Source: the human T2T-CHM13v2.0 reference genome, Homo sapiens
Direction: 5' to 3' (one strand)
Assembly (NCBI RefSeq): GCF_009914755.1
Contig: NC_060925.1
Length of the DNA stretch: 64,000 nt
The notes beneath the pieces are model-generated. The model searched no databases. It saw only the letters and a program-made list of their open reading frames with translations, and was not told where the DNA came from. Made by a program: the position numbers and the translations under genes. Shown here in pieces: positions 24,791 through 37,687 of the stretch (positions within the stretch are counted from its first letter, which is position 1; every line of letters begins with the position of its first letter).

Positions 24791-27245
24791 ATTCGCCAAA
24801 ATGCTACGCTTATCCTGTGAGCTGAGGGATAGGATCCTGGGCCGGTACCCAAGGGGAGAGAATGGCCACAGAAACTCAACTGGGAGACTGTGGCACCACC
24901 TGATGAGATTCTCTGCTCTGTCCACCCTCTTCTGATTTCCCTTCTACCTGGAGATGTCCCAGGCTTTGACTCCTCAAAGTGTCCCTCGTTCCTGCCTACT
25001 CCAGGTCACTTACTTTCCTTTCCCTGAAGTCTGGGTCCCCATTATAACCTGCACATCAATTTCTTCTCTTTCATCTCTCCCAGTCTTTTAAACCCTTCTT
25101 TGATCTTTCTCCATTCCTCTCCACAGATCCCTTGGAGCTCCAGGTGTCCGCTGGCTGTGAGGTGCACCCTGGGAACGCCTCAAATAACTTCTTCCATGTA
25201 GCATTTCAAGGAAAAGATATCCTGAGTTTCCAAGGAACTTCTTGGGAGCCAACCCAAGAGGCCCCACTTTGGGTAAACTTGGCCATTCAAGTGCTCAACC
25301 AGGACAAGTGGACGAGGGAAACAGTGCAGTGGCTCCTTAATGGCACCTGCCCCCAATTTGTCAGTGGCCTCCTTGAGTCAGGGAAGTCGGAACTGAAGAA
25401 GCAAGGTCAGCCTGCCTTCCTTACTCCCTGCATTCCACTTCAGGGCTCCAAACGGGCTTTTCCATTCCAGGGTTCTCATCCCTTTGAGCATTCAAAGAAG
25501 AGGAAGGCCCAGGAGGGGCTGGATAAGGGGTGAGGGTATTTATTCATTTCACAGACATCAACTGAGCACCTCTTGGGTTCTATGAATTCAATTAATGAAC
25601 AACTGGGGGTGAAAGGTGTCAGGCAGTTAGTTAGGATCCCTGCTTGGTAGGGGGATGTTAATTAATGCAATGCTTGAAATAGGCTACATATGTTACTTCA
25701 AAACAAAGGGTGTTATAGGGGAACAGACAAGGGGCATTCATAGGAGGCTGGGACCAGAGAAGAAGAAGGAGTATCAGGGCAGGCTCCCTGAAGAAGGTGG
25801 GACAAATGGATTGAAAGTTGTGGGAGACTTCATTTCCAGAAGTGAACATGTCAGGGGCATACAGGAAGGAGGGAAATAAAGACCTGAAAGTCAAAAAGGA
25901 TGATATGAGGCCTGGAGCCTCTAATGCAGAGTTTTCACTTTAAGATCCCCCCCATTCCCTTGTTGGATACAGTGAAGCCCAAGGCCTGGCTGTCCCGTGG
26001 CCCCAGTCCTGGCCCTGGCCGTCTGCTGCTGGTGTGCCATGTCTCAGGATTCTACCCAAAGCCTGTATGGGTGAAGTGGATGCGGGGTGAGCAGGAGCAG
26101 CAGGGCACTCAGCCAGGGGACATCCTGCCCAATGCTGACGAGACATGGTATCTCCGAGCAACCCTGGATGTGGTGGCTGGGGAGGCAGCTGGCCTGTCCT
26201 GTCGGGTGAAGCACAGCAGTCTAGAGGGCCAGGACATCGTCCTCTACTGGGGTGAGAAAAAGCTGGGCCCAAGCTGGAAATGGCAGGAGGTGGTCCTCAG
26301 GCATAGAGGGAGGCACTGGGGTGGGATGTGGCTTGATATACCCAGGTTAGAGGAGTTTCAGAGATGAGGCCCCCAGTAAAAGGATAGAGAGAGGGGTTCC
26401 AGACACAGGAAGGAGGGAAATAAAGACCTGAAAGTCTAAAAGGATTGAAATAGTGCTCTCTATATACAAGAAGAAACAAGACTACAAAACTCAGGGATCC
26501 AGAAGTAGGCAGCGAATAAACAATCCCAGGACGATTCATTCCTTGGCTTAAAGGGAGCCAGGCCTTTGGGAAGGCAGGTTAGCAAAGATAGCTTGGTTGG
26601 TTGAGTGCTCCCTGTGTAGGGGCCAATGAATCTGCATATAATATCTCATCTCATCATTCACAGTTTTCTTTGAAGCAAGTACTGCTCTTTTCGTTATATA
26701 GATGAGGAAATGAAGGCGGAGATAGGTTAACTGCCCGGAGCCACATAGAAAGTGGACGGGCTGGATTTAGATTCAGGTCTGCCTTGCTACAAAGCTGTTG
26801 CCCTTTCCCTCTATGCTACACTAGCAAATGCCAAAGTGGGCTGAATTTGGGATGCCCAGGCACTGAAAACAAGATGGGGAATCTAAACTTATGAGGAATA
26901 GAAATTGGGGTTTTAAGTGGAGGAGGAAATAAGAAGCACCTGGTACCCTCACACATGCCTAGACCAGGGGATTGGATATATGTAGAGAGGGGTCCTGTGC
27001 TGAGAGACAGCCTATGTTCCTCCAGAGCAGGTGGGAGCTACACCTCCATGGGCTTGATTGCCTTGGCAGTCCTGGCGTGCTTGCTGTTCCTCCTCATTGT
27101 GGGCTTTACCTCCCGGTTTAAGAGGCAAACGTAAGTCTCCCCTTTCCCTTTCCTCAACCTCTCTCCCCTTCATTCCTGGCTTCCCTTTTCCTTAATGGTC
27201 TTTCCCTTTCTATTCTCTCACAGTTCCTATCAGGGCGTCCTGTGA
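24197..27245 (+). CDS. CD1D: CD1d, MHC class I-like lipid antigen-presenting glycoprotein; spliced CDS join(24197..24257,24550..24816,25127..25405,25973..26251,27031..27130,27224..27245)
   Basis: Exon lengths 61+267+279+279+100+22 = 1008 nt = 335 aa + TGA, with all introns GT..AG. Translation [36 protein letters not shown]...[13 protein letters not shown]...VKPKAWLS...[40 protein letters not shown] matches human CD1d as I recall it. Confidence 0.99.
24550..24816 (+). CDS. CD1D: CD1D alpha1 domain exon
   Basis: Polypyrimidine-CAG acceptor; VPQRLFPLR...KMLRLS with sequons NSS and NDS; donor CCT|GTGAGC. Confidence 0.98.
25127..25405 (+). CDS. CD1D: CD1D alpha2 domain exon
   Basis: Acceptor ctctccacag; [11 protein letters not shown]...LNGTCPQF...ELKKQ with the conserved Cys pair and sequons NAS and NGT; donor AAG|GTCAGC. 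Confidence 0.98.
25973..26251 (+). CDS. CD1D: CD1D alpha3 (IgC1) domain exon
   Basis: [10 protein letters not shown]...SCRVKHSSL IgC1 signature; donor GGG|GTGAGA. Confidence 0.98.
27031..27130 (+). CDS. CD1D: CD1D transmembrane exon
   Basis: Hydrophobic [20 protein letters not shown] followed by basic RFKR; donor AAC|GTAAGT. Confidence 0.97.
27224..27245 (+). CDS. CD1D: CD1D cytoplasmic tail exon with YxxPhi endocytic motif YQGV
   Basis: Acceptor ttctctcacag; T TCC TAT CAG GGC GTC CTG TGA. Confidence 0.97.
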
Positions 27246-27970
27246 CTCGCCTTGCCACATCTGTGTCTCTGGAACCCAGGACCTCTGGACCTCAGGTTCC
27301 CAAGACTTCAGTCCTGGTCTGCTCAGGAATTGAAGATGTAAGGAATTGAAGATAGGAGAGATACCTTGAAAAAGTAGAGAACAGTCATGAGGCAGCTTTC
27401 ATCACACCCTTTTAACATTTATCTAAAAGAATTTAAATTCTTTTTCAAAAATTACACTACAAGTTTATAAGCCCAAATGGCTCTGTGAAATCAGAAGTGC
27501 AAAGGTGTGCAAACTTGTATCTGAAGACCTACCAGGGACAAGCAGGTAAGAGCTGATGTGAGTGTGTGTGATGGGATCTGTAAGGAACTGGAACACACAT
27601 GTCCTATCCAAAGGAATCAGCTGCAGCTGCTTGTTGTCAAGTATAAAGTCAGGACCTGGCTTGGCTTTAACCGTTTTTCAAGAAAACTGGAAATCTGGAT
27701 TTTCAGCGAACATGCCTGATTTTAAAAGGTTGACTCAAGTTTTTACAAAATACTATGTGGGACACCTCAAATACATACCTACTGACTGATGACAAACCCA
27801 GGAGTTTGTGTGTCTTTTATAAAAAGTTTGCCCTGGATGTCATATTGGCAGTTGGAGGACACAGTTTCTATTGTAAATTTGGATTTACGACTGAAGAAGG
27901 ACATTTTCTCTTTAAAAGAAAGTTAGGTTATAAGAAACAGAGGCGTCTCACATTTTTACTTGGTGTAATT

Positions 27971-27976
27971 AATAAA
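27971..27976 (+). terminator. Likely CD1D polyadenylation signal
   Basis: AATAAA about 730 nt after the stop codon, followed by GU-rich gtgtatgtgtattatgttg. Confidence 0.7.
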
Positions 27977-28514
27977 CGAAGATAAATCATAGTGTATGTG
28001 TATTATGTTGAAAAAAACTACTCTGAGTAAGGATATTTCTCTCAAATGGTCATCACTTTTTTTCCTTGGAGGAAGATTGTCATGAAGGCATCCCTTCCTT
28101 CCCAAAACGACAACGGCAACAACAACAGTCTCCTTTACTTACAGCTATTAAAAGAGACAATGTAGGGAAAGGGCCAACACCACTTGGGCAAGCATGAGCT
28201 GCAGCGATGATGGTGATGGTAGCCCAGCCATGCTGTGTTCTTATCTTAGAGAGGACAGAGCAGGAAACTTACAGGGGTAGCAGACCTTTCTGATGCCAAA
28301 GAAATAAGGAGGCCAAAATCATGTTTGCCTAGCTGGGAGGTAAATCTCTTGGCAGTCAGGGTCCCTGAACACCCAGAAAAAATAAGTGAGACTTAACTGT
28401 TGGAGAGTGTTTGCTTGAGAAAAGTAACATTTCACACTCTCTATACTAGACTTGCACATATGAATTTAGGATGTGCGTGAAGATTCTGCTAGCTTCAACA
28501 TATCCCAAAGCACT

Positions 28515-28790
28515 TGGATATGCCTATAATCCAAGTGCTTTGGGAGGCTGAGATAGGAGGATTGTTTAAGGCCAGGCATTTGAAATCAGCCTGGGCAACA
28601 TAGTGAGACCCTGTCTCTACAAAAAATTAAAAAACTAGCCACCCATGGTGGTGAGCGCCTGTAGTCCTAGCTACTCTGGAGGCTGAGGTGGGAGGATCCC
28701 TTGAGCCCATGAATTCCAGGTTAGTGTGAGCTGTGATTGTGTCACTACAGTGTAAGGATGACAGAGGGAGACCCTGTCTTAAAAAAAAAT
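28515..28790 (+). mobile_element. AluJ
   Basis: Diverged sense Alu. Confidence 0.85.
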
Positions 28791-28807
28791 TATGCTAGCT
28801 TCTAAAT

Positions 28808-28993
28808 CAATGGTTCCCAAATTGTAGTAACCTGACCAACAGCCTCAGCAGGACCTGGGAACTTGTTATAAATGCAAATTGTTTTGGGCCTCATCCTATA
28901 CCCGCTGAATGAGAAACTCTGAGTCTGGAAGCAGGCTCAATAGTCAAGCCCCCTGGTGATTCTGATGCTTAGCTAAAGTTAGAGAACCACTGT
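28808..28993. mobile_element. MER5A-like hAT DNA transposon remnant
   Basis: TIR-like caatggttccc ... gagaaccactg and the internal gggaacttgttataaatgcaaatt motif. Confidence 0.75.
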
Positions 28994-30428
28994 TCTTAGA
29001 CATTGTGCAATGTTATACAACAACTTCCTCAAAGTGCTAAGTGAAAAGGACATTGGCCTGGCGTTAGTCAGGGAAGGCGTCCTGGAGGGAGGGGAATTTG
29101 AAGCAGAGCTTTGAAAAACAAAGGCAGTGAGGTGAACCAGCAAGTGCACTGGCTGAGGGGACTGGAGTTCTAGCCTCTGAACCAGTTTCCTCCTGTGCCA
29201 AAGGAGGATAATAATTATCTATTATTGATTATCTCCTAGACTTGTGGAGTTCAAGTGTGTAATGCCTTAAAAGATGTGGAGGCTGTTGCTGTGTTTGGTA
29301 CCACATTGCCCACCCTCACGTGGCGCTCTTCAGCTTAGGTTCCTCTAGCAGTGTCAAGTTTGTGAACCAACCCCACTGGCCTTCTGCATTCTGAGGGCAC
29401 GTGTGTTAAAGTCTCTACTGATGTCCTTTTGGAAATGCCTCTGCATGAATTTATGGTAGCTCTGACTCATCTTTAAACAATTTTAATTTATTTAGAAAAT
29501 AAAGGCTTATCTCTCCAGGAAATTTTTTCTTCCTTCAAATAAATACTCAGTTCCAAATATCTCAGAGAATCCTGAGAATTCATTTTAGAACATGTTAATA
29601 CTCTTTTTATGAGTATCATGTTTCTTACTGAGTGTTGTGCTGATTGTGAATTTATTACCACTCTGCTCCAAATTCATTCTTCATAATAGGCTCAGTGACA
29701 ATGAACAGAGTTCCTTTAAAAAGTCAGCACATTGTTAAGCTTTTTCAGTAAAGGGCCCCGGAGGGACACAGCAGGAGGAAGGGGCTCTCCTGCAGCTTCC
29801 AGCTACTGCGTGGTGGGTCAATGAAGTGGGTGGGAAGACATCCTGTGTGGCGCTGCCTGTGGTCCCTGCCCCTCCAAGTACCCCATTCTATCTGCAGACC
29901 CTCGCATCTCCTGTGCTTAATCCACCCACTGCCTGGAGGTTTCCACTGAGCAGTACTTCCTCTGCAAGCCCCTGCCTCAAGCCAGGAGGGTTTCTTCCAG
30001 CTTATCTAGCTACTTCAGGCCAGCTTTGGCCTGGGTAAACCTGTGAATGTCTCTGCTACCCAAGGTATGGGACTGAACCATACCTTCTCCAATAAGATCT
30101 GCGCCCCAGCCTTGGGGAGGAGTCACACTTCCGAGTTGCTCTTCTTTGGATATTCTCCTTCCACCCTAGGGTTTTTTGCTGAGTTTTCTTACATATTATA
30201 ATTATTTTCTTATTATGTTTAATAATTCTGTTAAACTTCCTCTGTTAAACTCATGGTGGAGTTTCTATTTCCTGATTGGACTCAGGAGGATACATGTGTC
30301 TTCTCAGCTATACACAGAAATCTGTGAACTTTCCAAAGCTACTACTTGAATTTGCTTTTTGCTCATGAGTCTATGGCATGGAGTTGGTTTGCTTTGCTTT
30401 GCGGTGTAGCTCTTTCTTTAAGAGCTGA

Positions 30429-30800
<372 letters not shown>

Positions 30801-30807
30801 TCGACAT

Positions 30808-31205
30808 TTATTATAGGTTCGAGGGATACATGTTTAAGTTTGTCACAAAGGTATATCGTGTGATGCTGAGGTTTGGAGCACAAATGAATCCGTCTCCCAG
30901 ATAGTGAGCATAGTACCCAATAGGTAGTTTTTCAGCTCTTGTCCCCATTCCTCCCTCCCCATTCTTGTGCTCCGCAGTGTCTATTGTTCTCATCTTTATG
31001 TCCATGTGTACTCAGTGTTTAGCTCCCACTTATAAGTGAAAACGTGTGGTATTTAGTTTTTTGTTCCTGCGTTAGTTCGTTTAGGATAATGGCCTCCAGC
31101 TGCCTCCATGTTGCTGCAAAGGACATGATTTCAGTCTTTTTAATGGTTGCCTAGTATTCCATGGTGTATATGTACCACATTTTCTTTATCCAATCTGGAG
31201 TTGAT
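30808..31205 (-). mobile_element. L1 3'UTR fragment (L1PA/PB)
   Basis: agctcccacttataagtga and gtattccatggtgtatatgtaccacatttt motifs. Confidence 0.85.
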
Positions 31206-33099
31206 GCTGCCCCACTCTTAGTGTATCCTCTCCTCTCATTCCCTGGGGTCTCTGTTGCTTAGGGTAACTGTAATTGAGAGGGTGCACTTAATAATTAAGC
31301 AGGATGACAGGTGTAAACTGAGACTGGCTCAGACAAACTTTGCTCATTTATTCTTTTCTATTTGTGCTGTGCAGTTGCTTAAACTGGCTCTTCTTCCTTT
31401 GTGGTCTGGACCCTATTCTCAGGCCACATATGTCTTCTCACTTCTCACTCCCTGTGATGTGATTTGAAAATTGCCTCTAGGTGGAAAGGCAGGGAATAAT
31501 TAAAGACTCACCTAGATTATTTTCCCATACTCAGTATCACAACACTCACTTTCTGTTTTTCTCAATGTCTGAAAACACTTGTTTAATATATTTTGATGAG
31601 TTTCTACATGTTTTTTGTTATAGGACAATCTCTCTCTCTCTCTCTTTTTTCTGGAGATTTCTTGCTCTGTTACTCAGGCTAGAGTACAGTGGCAGAATCA
31701 AAGCTCACAGCAGCCTCGAACTCCTGGGCTCAAGAGAGCCTTCCGCTTCAGCAGAGGATAATATTTTGACATTTTAACATATGTATTTATTTCTTTTCTT
31801 ACATTTTTCCTCTTTTCTCCTCCTTGTCTATGCAAGATATTTACACATTTCTCTTTGCCTCAGGGGAAGAATGTGGCAAGATAGAAAACAGAAATAGCTT
31901 CCCAGTCATTCTGTGTTATTTCCAGCAGCACTATCAGGGAGGGGACAAAAACCCAGAGAGAACGACTATAAGGTTCTGCTGGACAACAGGTCACGGGTAG
32001 CCTTAGCAAAACACCCATACCTGTAATTGTGGCACAGAAATATCAGAAAGGATACTGTGTCTTAAAAGGCTGTGCAGAAAGTGATGTTTATTTCAGGGAT
32101 AATCAGTATGGCTTAACAAATGAGTGTCAGTGAGTATAAGGTTAGAATTCTACGGATTGGGGGCAGAAATCAGGAAAAACTAAAATTACATGTTTTCTAC
32201 CACTGGACCAATGATGCTCAGAGTTAGAAATTATGTTAACTAATGGAAAATAAAGAGATATCCAACATATTGTCTAAGATTCACATGTATTACCTGTGGG
32301 ATTTGTGTGGGATTACCAAGAATTATTTTACAGAACATGTCTATCTCCTGGATAAATCATAACCTCTAGCACTGGAGCCAGTACATTTTGAGACAATTGC
32401 TGTGACTGTGTGGGGACATTTATTTGAAGTCTGGAGATGGACTTAGAATTTAATACTGATTCCTGAAATTTCTGTGGACTATAGTAAACACAGTTTGCAA
32501 GATGACTATAGTATGATCAATAGCCCATAGTGGACACACGGTGATTGGAAGATGAAAAAAACAGGATAAAACCAGTCTTGTTAGAATTTTCTGAGAAGAT
32601 TAAATTCTGTTAGTTTCAGAAAAATAACTAGAAATGAAGGAAAGTGGAAAGTTACATAAATGGCCTGTATTTCAGACTCTACATTTCAACAGTAGTAACA
32701 ATAGTAACACAGCTATCACAGCAACATCAGCTTCTTGGTAAGAGATGGGCACGGGCCTGGAGAAATTTCCACTGAAAAATGTGAATCTGGCTCATAGGGA
32801 ACAGTTTTGGGTAGGTGTAAAATCGTATTGCCTTATAGACCTTCAAAGAACTGAAGCTCATAAAGGAGAAACAGAAGTGAAGTTGGTTTCTCACCACCAT
32901 GATCAAAAGAAACTTGACACAGTTAATGTCATGTTGGTGGTATAATTCTAGACCAAGTGAGGTAGTTAAAAAATGTGGTGGTTGAAATAGCCTACTGACT
33001 TTGCAGCCTTTGGGGAGCCAAGCAAAAGCAGCCTTCTATTGGGCCTGAGAGCTGGCTGTTAAGGCAAAGGGACCATCATGTCACCCACGCATGGAAAAG

Positions 33100-34400
33100 G
33101 AATAGATACACTTAGCTCTTTTCACTGATGATGTCACCATATACCTGGAAAACCCAAGCAACCTTATTTGGAAAAACAAATACTAGAATTTATAAGGGAA
33201 TTTCAGCAGGTAAAAAAGATGAATATATGAAAATCAAAGCTATTTTTCCTGTTAACAATAACCAAGTAGAAATGTAAATGGGAAATAATAGTCTATTAAT
33301 AGTCCATTAAAAAAAGACAAGAATTTTAAAGACTTAAGAATACCTTTCACAAGAATATTGTCGACCCATATGAAAAAGAGTATAGAGTCCTCTGAAAGAC
33401 AATAAACATGTTCTGAATTTATGAAAAGCCATGCTATAGTCTTAGTTTAGAACATTTAATATAGTTAAATATTAATTATCTCTTCAAATTTGTAAATTAA
33501 ATAAAATTCTAAGTAGTATTAAAATGACCCCAACATATAAAAAATAGTACAAATGGGGAGTCTGCCATAATAGATATTAAAACCCAGAGCCAATGTCATC
33601 AAAACATCATGGTAATAAAATAGAAGTTGACAAATAGAAGAATAGAGGAATAGAATAGAAAGCTAAGAAATAGATCTCAGTATATATGGAAATTTATGTA
33701 TGAGATGCTATTGCATATTACTGCAAAGAATAATTAATGGATGGACTTCCTATTCATGTAGAAAAAAACTAATTGGAACTTTGCCTCATAGAATAACCAT
33801 AAATAAACTCCAGATGTATTAAAGACGTGGAAGTTTTGAATATTTTTAATCAAAACAGAAATACAGAAACTATAAATAAAATATAGATATACTAACAAAT
33901 AAAAAGTTTTTAAGGCAATAGATGGCATAAACCAACTATAGATTGGGAAAATATCTATATTACAAATGACAGATAGTGTTAGTTAATATTAATAATGAGC
34001 ATAGTCACTCACAAATTTATAAGAATAAGTTCAACATTCAGATAATAAATGGGCAAAGACTATGAAAAGATAACTCATGAAGAAAAATTTAACATTGCCA
34101 ACATAACAAAGATAACTATTCTCATTAGTAGTCACAGAAGAATCATGAGATATCCATTCTAACTTATCAAATTGATAACAATGAAGGAGGATAATATATT
34201 ATTTTTTTAACAGCTTTTTGAAAGCTTTTTGGCAAAAATCTCTTTACATGAAAAATTAATGGGCCCTTGAACTCAAAAATTCTACTTTTGGGAACATATT
34301 TTATTAAAATGAAAGCACCAGTGTTTGAGGATATATGTACAAGATGATAGTTGCAGCCCTTTATGTATATATGTGTATATTTTGTAGTGGCCAAAAACTG
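33100..34400 (+). mobile_element. Old L1M ORF2 3' remnant
   Basis: Degenerate A-rich L1 ORF2-like sequence; boundaries approximate. Confidence 0.65.
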
Positions 34401-35340
34401 AAAATAGACATTAATTAGGAATAGGTGCAGTTGCTTAAAGCAAAAACAGCCCCCCAAAAAAGAGACTTAAACAAGTAAAAGTCTTAAACGAGACTTCTAT
34501 TATCCTACAGAATAGAAGTCCAGACATAAGCACTCAAAGGCTAGCTTCCTGAGGTTAATAGGGACCCGGCTTTGTCGAGCTCATTGCTCTGTTACTCGTT
34601 GTTATGCCCCATGTTAAATGCTAAAGTGTGATCCATCACAAGAGTTTTCTGGGTAGCAGGATGGAGGAAGAAAAAAGGACACCGCCTTTATCCCCACTTT
34701 TAAAGTGAATTAACAGAAGTAGGATACATGAACACAAGCCTTCTTCTACTGTCTTGATAAGAAGCATTCATGCGACCACATCTACATGCCAGTGAGGCTG
34801 GGATATCTAGTATTTAATCTAGTGAGAATACGCCTAACTAAAAATCAGGTTTTGTTGCTAATGAATTTGATGAGGCAACTTGCAGTTTCTGTCACAGGCA
34901 AACCATGGAACAAGGGGCAATCATTGAAAGAAATGAGTTAGATATATTAACTTTGACTTGAAAGAACTAGAACAACTTTACTAAGTTTTGAGAATCTGTA
35001 AACCAATTTATTTCTCTTACATTTTCTTTTGTTTATTCACAAAAATTATATATAATTAATATGCTTGTCTAAAAAAGTTCAAAAGACCACTTGAAAAGTT
35101 AAAACACAAAGAGATAAAAATATTGTGTTGGTTTATTTGACAGTTTTTTTCTTTTCTTAGTGGTACATAAAATATTTGCATAATTACAATTGGTTACATC
35201 TTAGCATGATGAAATATGATACCATAATTTAAATTAATATGAAAGTATGATAAAACATTAAGACAATAGATACCATATGACTCTGATAATACCTCCGTTT
35301 ACTTTCCTAAAATTTTACAAAATTTTTACTCTTGGTTATC

Positions 35341-36412
35341 TGTTGCGGGAACTCAGGGACCCCAAACGGAGGGACCGGCTGAAGCCATGACAGAAGAATG
35401 TGGATTGTGAAGATTTTATGGACATTTATTAGTTCCCCAAATTAATACTTTTGTAATTTCTTATGCCTGTCTTTACTGCAATCTCTAAACATAAATTGTA
35501 AAGATTTCATGGACACTTATCACTTCCCCAATCAATATCCTTGTGATTTCCTATGCCTGTCTTTGCTTTAATCTCTTAATCCTGTCAGCCGAGAAGGATG
35601 TATATCGTCTCAGGACCCTGTAATAATTGCGTTAACTACACAAATTGTACAGCATGTGTGTTTGAGCAATATGAAACGTGGGCACCCTGAAAAAAGAATA
35701 GGATAACAGCAATTGTTCAGAGAATAAGAGAGATAACCTTAAACTCTGACTGCCGGTGAGCCGGGCAGAACAGAGCCATATTTCTCTTCTTTCAAAAGCA
35801 AATGGGAGAAATATCGCTGAATTCTTTTTCTCAGCATGGAACGTCCCTGAGAAAGAGAATGCGCACCTAGGGGTAGGTCTCTGAACTGCCCCCCCCGGGG
35901 CGTATCTGTCTCTTTTGGTCGAGATTGCAGAGGTGAAATAAACTCCAGTCTCCCACAGCACTCCCAGGCTTATTAGGAAGAGGAAATTCCCGCCTAATAA
36001 ATTTTGGTCAGACCGGTTGATCTCAAAACGCTGTCTCCTGATAAGATGTTATCAATGACAATGGTGCCTGAAACTTCATTAGCAATTTTAATTTCGCCTC
36101 CATCCTGTGGTCCTGTGATCTCGCCCTGCCTCCACTTGCCTTGTGATATTCTATTACCCTGTTAAGTACTTGATGTCTGTCACCCACACCTATTCGTATA
36201 CTCCCTCCCCTTTTGAAACTCCCTGATAAAAACTTGCTGGTTTTTGTGGCTTGTGGGGCATCACGGATCCTACCAACGTGTGATGTCTCCCCCGGATGCC
36301 CAGCTTTAAAATTTCTCTCTTTTGTACTCTGTCCCTTTATTTCTCAAGCCAGCCGACGCTTAGGAAAATAGAAATGAACCTACGTGATTATTGGGGCAGG
36401 TCCCCCGATATA
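35341..36412 (+). mobile_element. MER11 (HERV-K HML-8) solo LTR, length like MER11C
   Basis: TGTTGCGGGAA...CAGGGACCCCAAACGGAGGGACCGGCTGAAGCC start and ggggcaggtcccccgata end; 6-bp TSD gttatc at 35335-35340 and 36413-36418. Confidence 0.9.
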
Positions 36413-36444
36413 GTTATCACCTCAAAAGAATAGGTAAAATATAT

Positions 36445-36751
36445 ATTTTTTTCCTTTGGAGACAGAGTCTCACTCTGTCCTCCAGGCTGGAGTACAGTGG
36501 TGCAGTCTCGGCTCACTGCAACTTCTGTCTCCTAGGTTCAAGGTTCAAGCGATTCTCCTGTCTCAGCCCCCCAAGTAGCTGGGATTACAGGCGCCCGCCA
36601 CCACGCCTGGCTAATTTTTGTATTTTTTTTTCATAAAGATGGGGTTTGGCTATGTTGGCCAGGCTGGTCTTGAACTCCTGACCTCAGGTGATCTGCCCAC
36701 CTTGGCCTCCCAAAGTGCTGAGATTACAGGCATGAGTCGCTGTGCCTGGCC
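36445..36751 (-). mobile_element. AluS
   Basis: Antisense Alu. Confidence 0.9.
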
Positions 36752-37311
36752 GATAAGTAAAATCTTAACGCATGGCTTTGTGCTACCACAGCACATCTTC
36801 CTGACTTCTGGTATCTAACTCCCTGGAGACCATTTTTTGGGCTCTACTCCTCACCCTCCTGGAATCTATTAATTCTTTGTTAGCTCCCCTGATCAGTGTG
36901 CTGGCTCTCTTGCTCCAAAATCTATTAATGAATTGCAGGTCATTCAAGGGCTTTTCAAAATGGAGGAAAAATAGTTTATTTTGTAGAGATACCATTTTCT
37001 CTTTTCTTTTCCAAATTATTGGAATCTAGGTGAAGAAATGCTTCATCTAAAATGCAGGGTCGTGGATGCTATGAATTGGTTTGCTGAAACTGGAAAGGTA
37101 AAAGTACATTTCTCAGACTACTTTTCATTTTCAGTTTTGGATGTATATTTGGTTTTAACATTTAGATGCAGTCTTGGGACATTTTTAGGCAGGCTTTTAA
37201 CTACAAATGCACTTTTCTTTAGCAGATATAGAGTTATTCAACAGCTCTGATTAAATGAATAAACACCTTGAAAAACACAGACTACCAAAGTTCACTCAAA
37301 AAGAAACAGAT

Positions 37312-37687
<376 letters not shown>

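Noticed and set aside
17435-26520. Functional link between ELL2 (promotes proximal poly(A) use in IgH) and the CD1D intronic poly(A) signals
   Set aside because: Attractive, but adjacency of a retrocopy is no evidence of a mechanism, and nothing in the sequence supports it.
31860-33060. Non-obvious unique-looking sequence, possibly a decayed gene
   Set aside because: No convincing ORF, splice pattern or homology recognised; it may be an ancient repeat.
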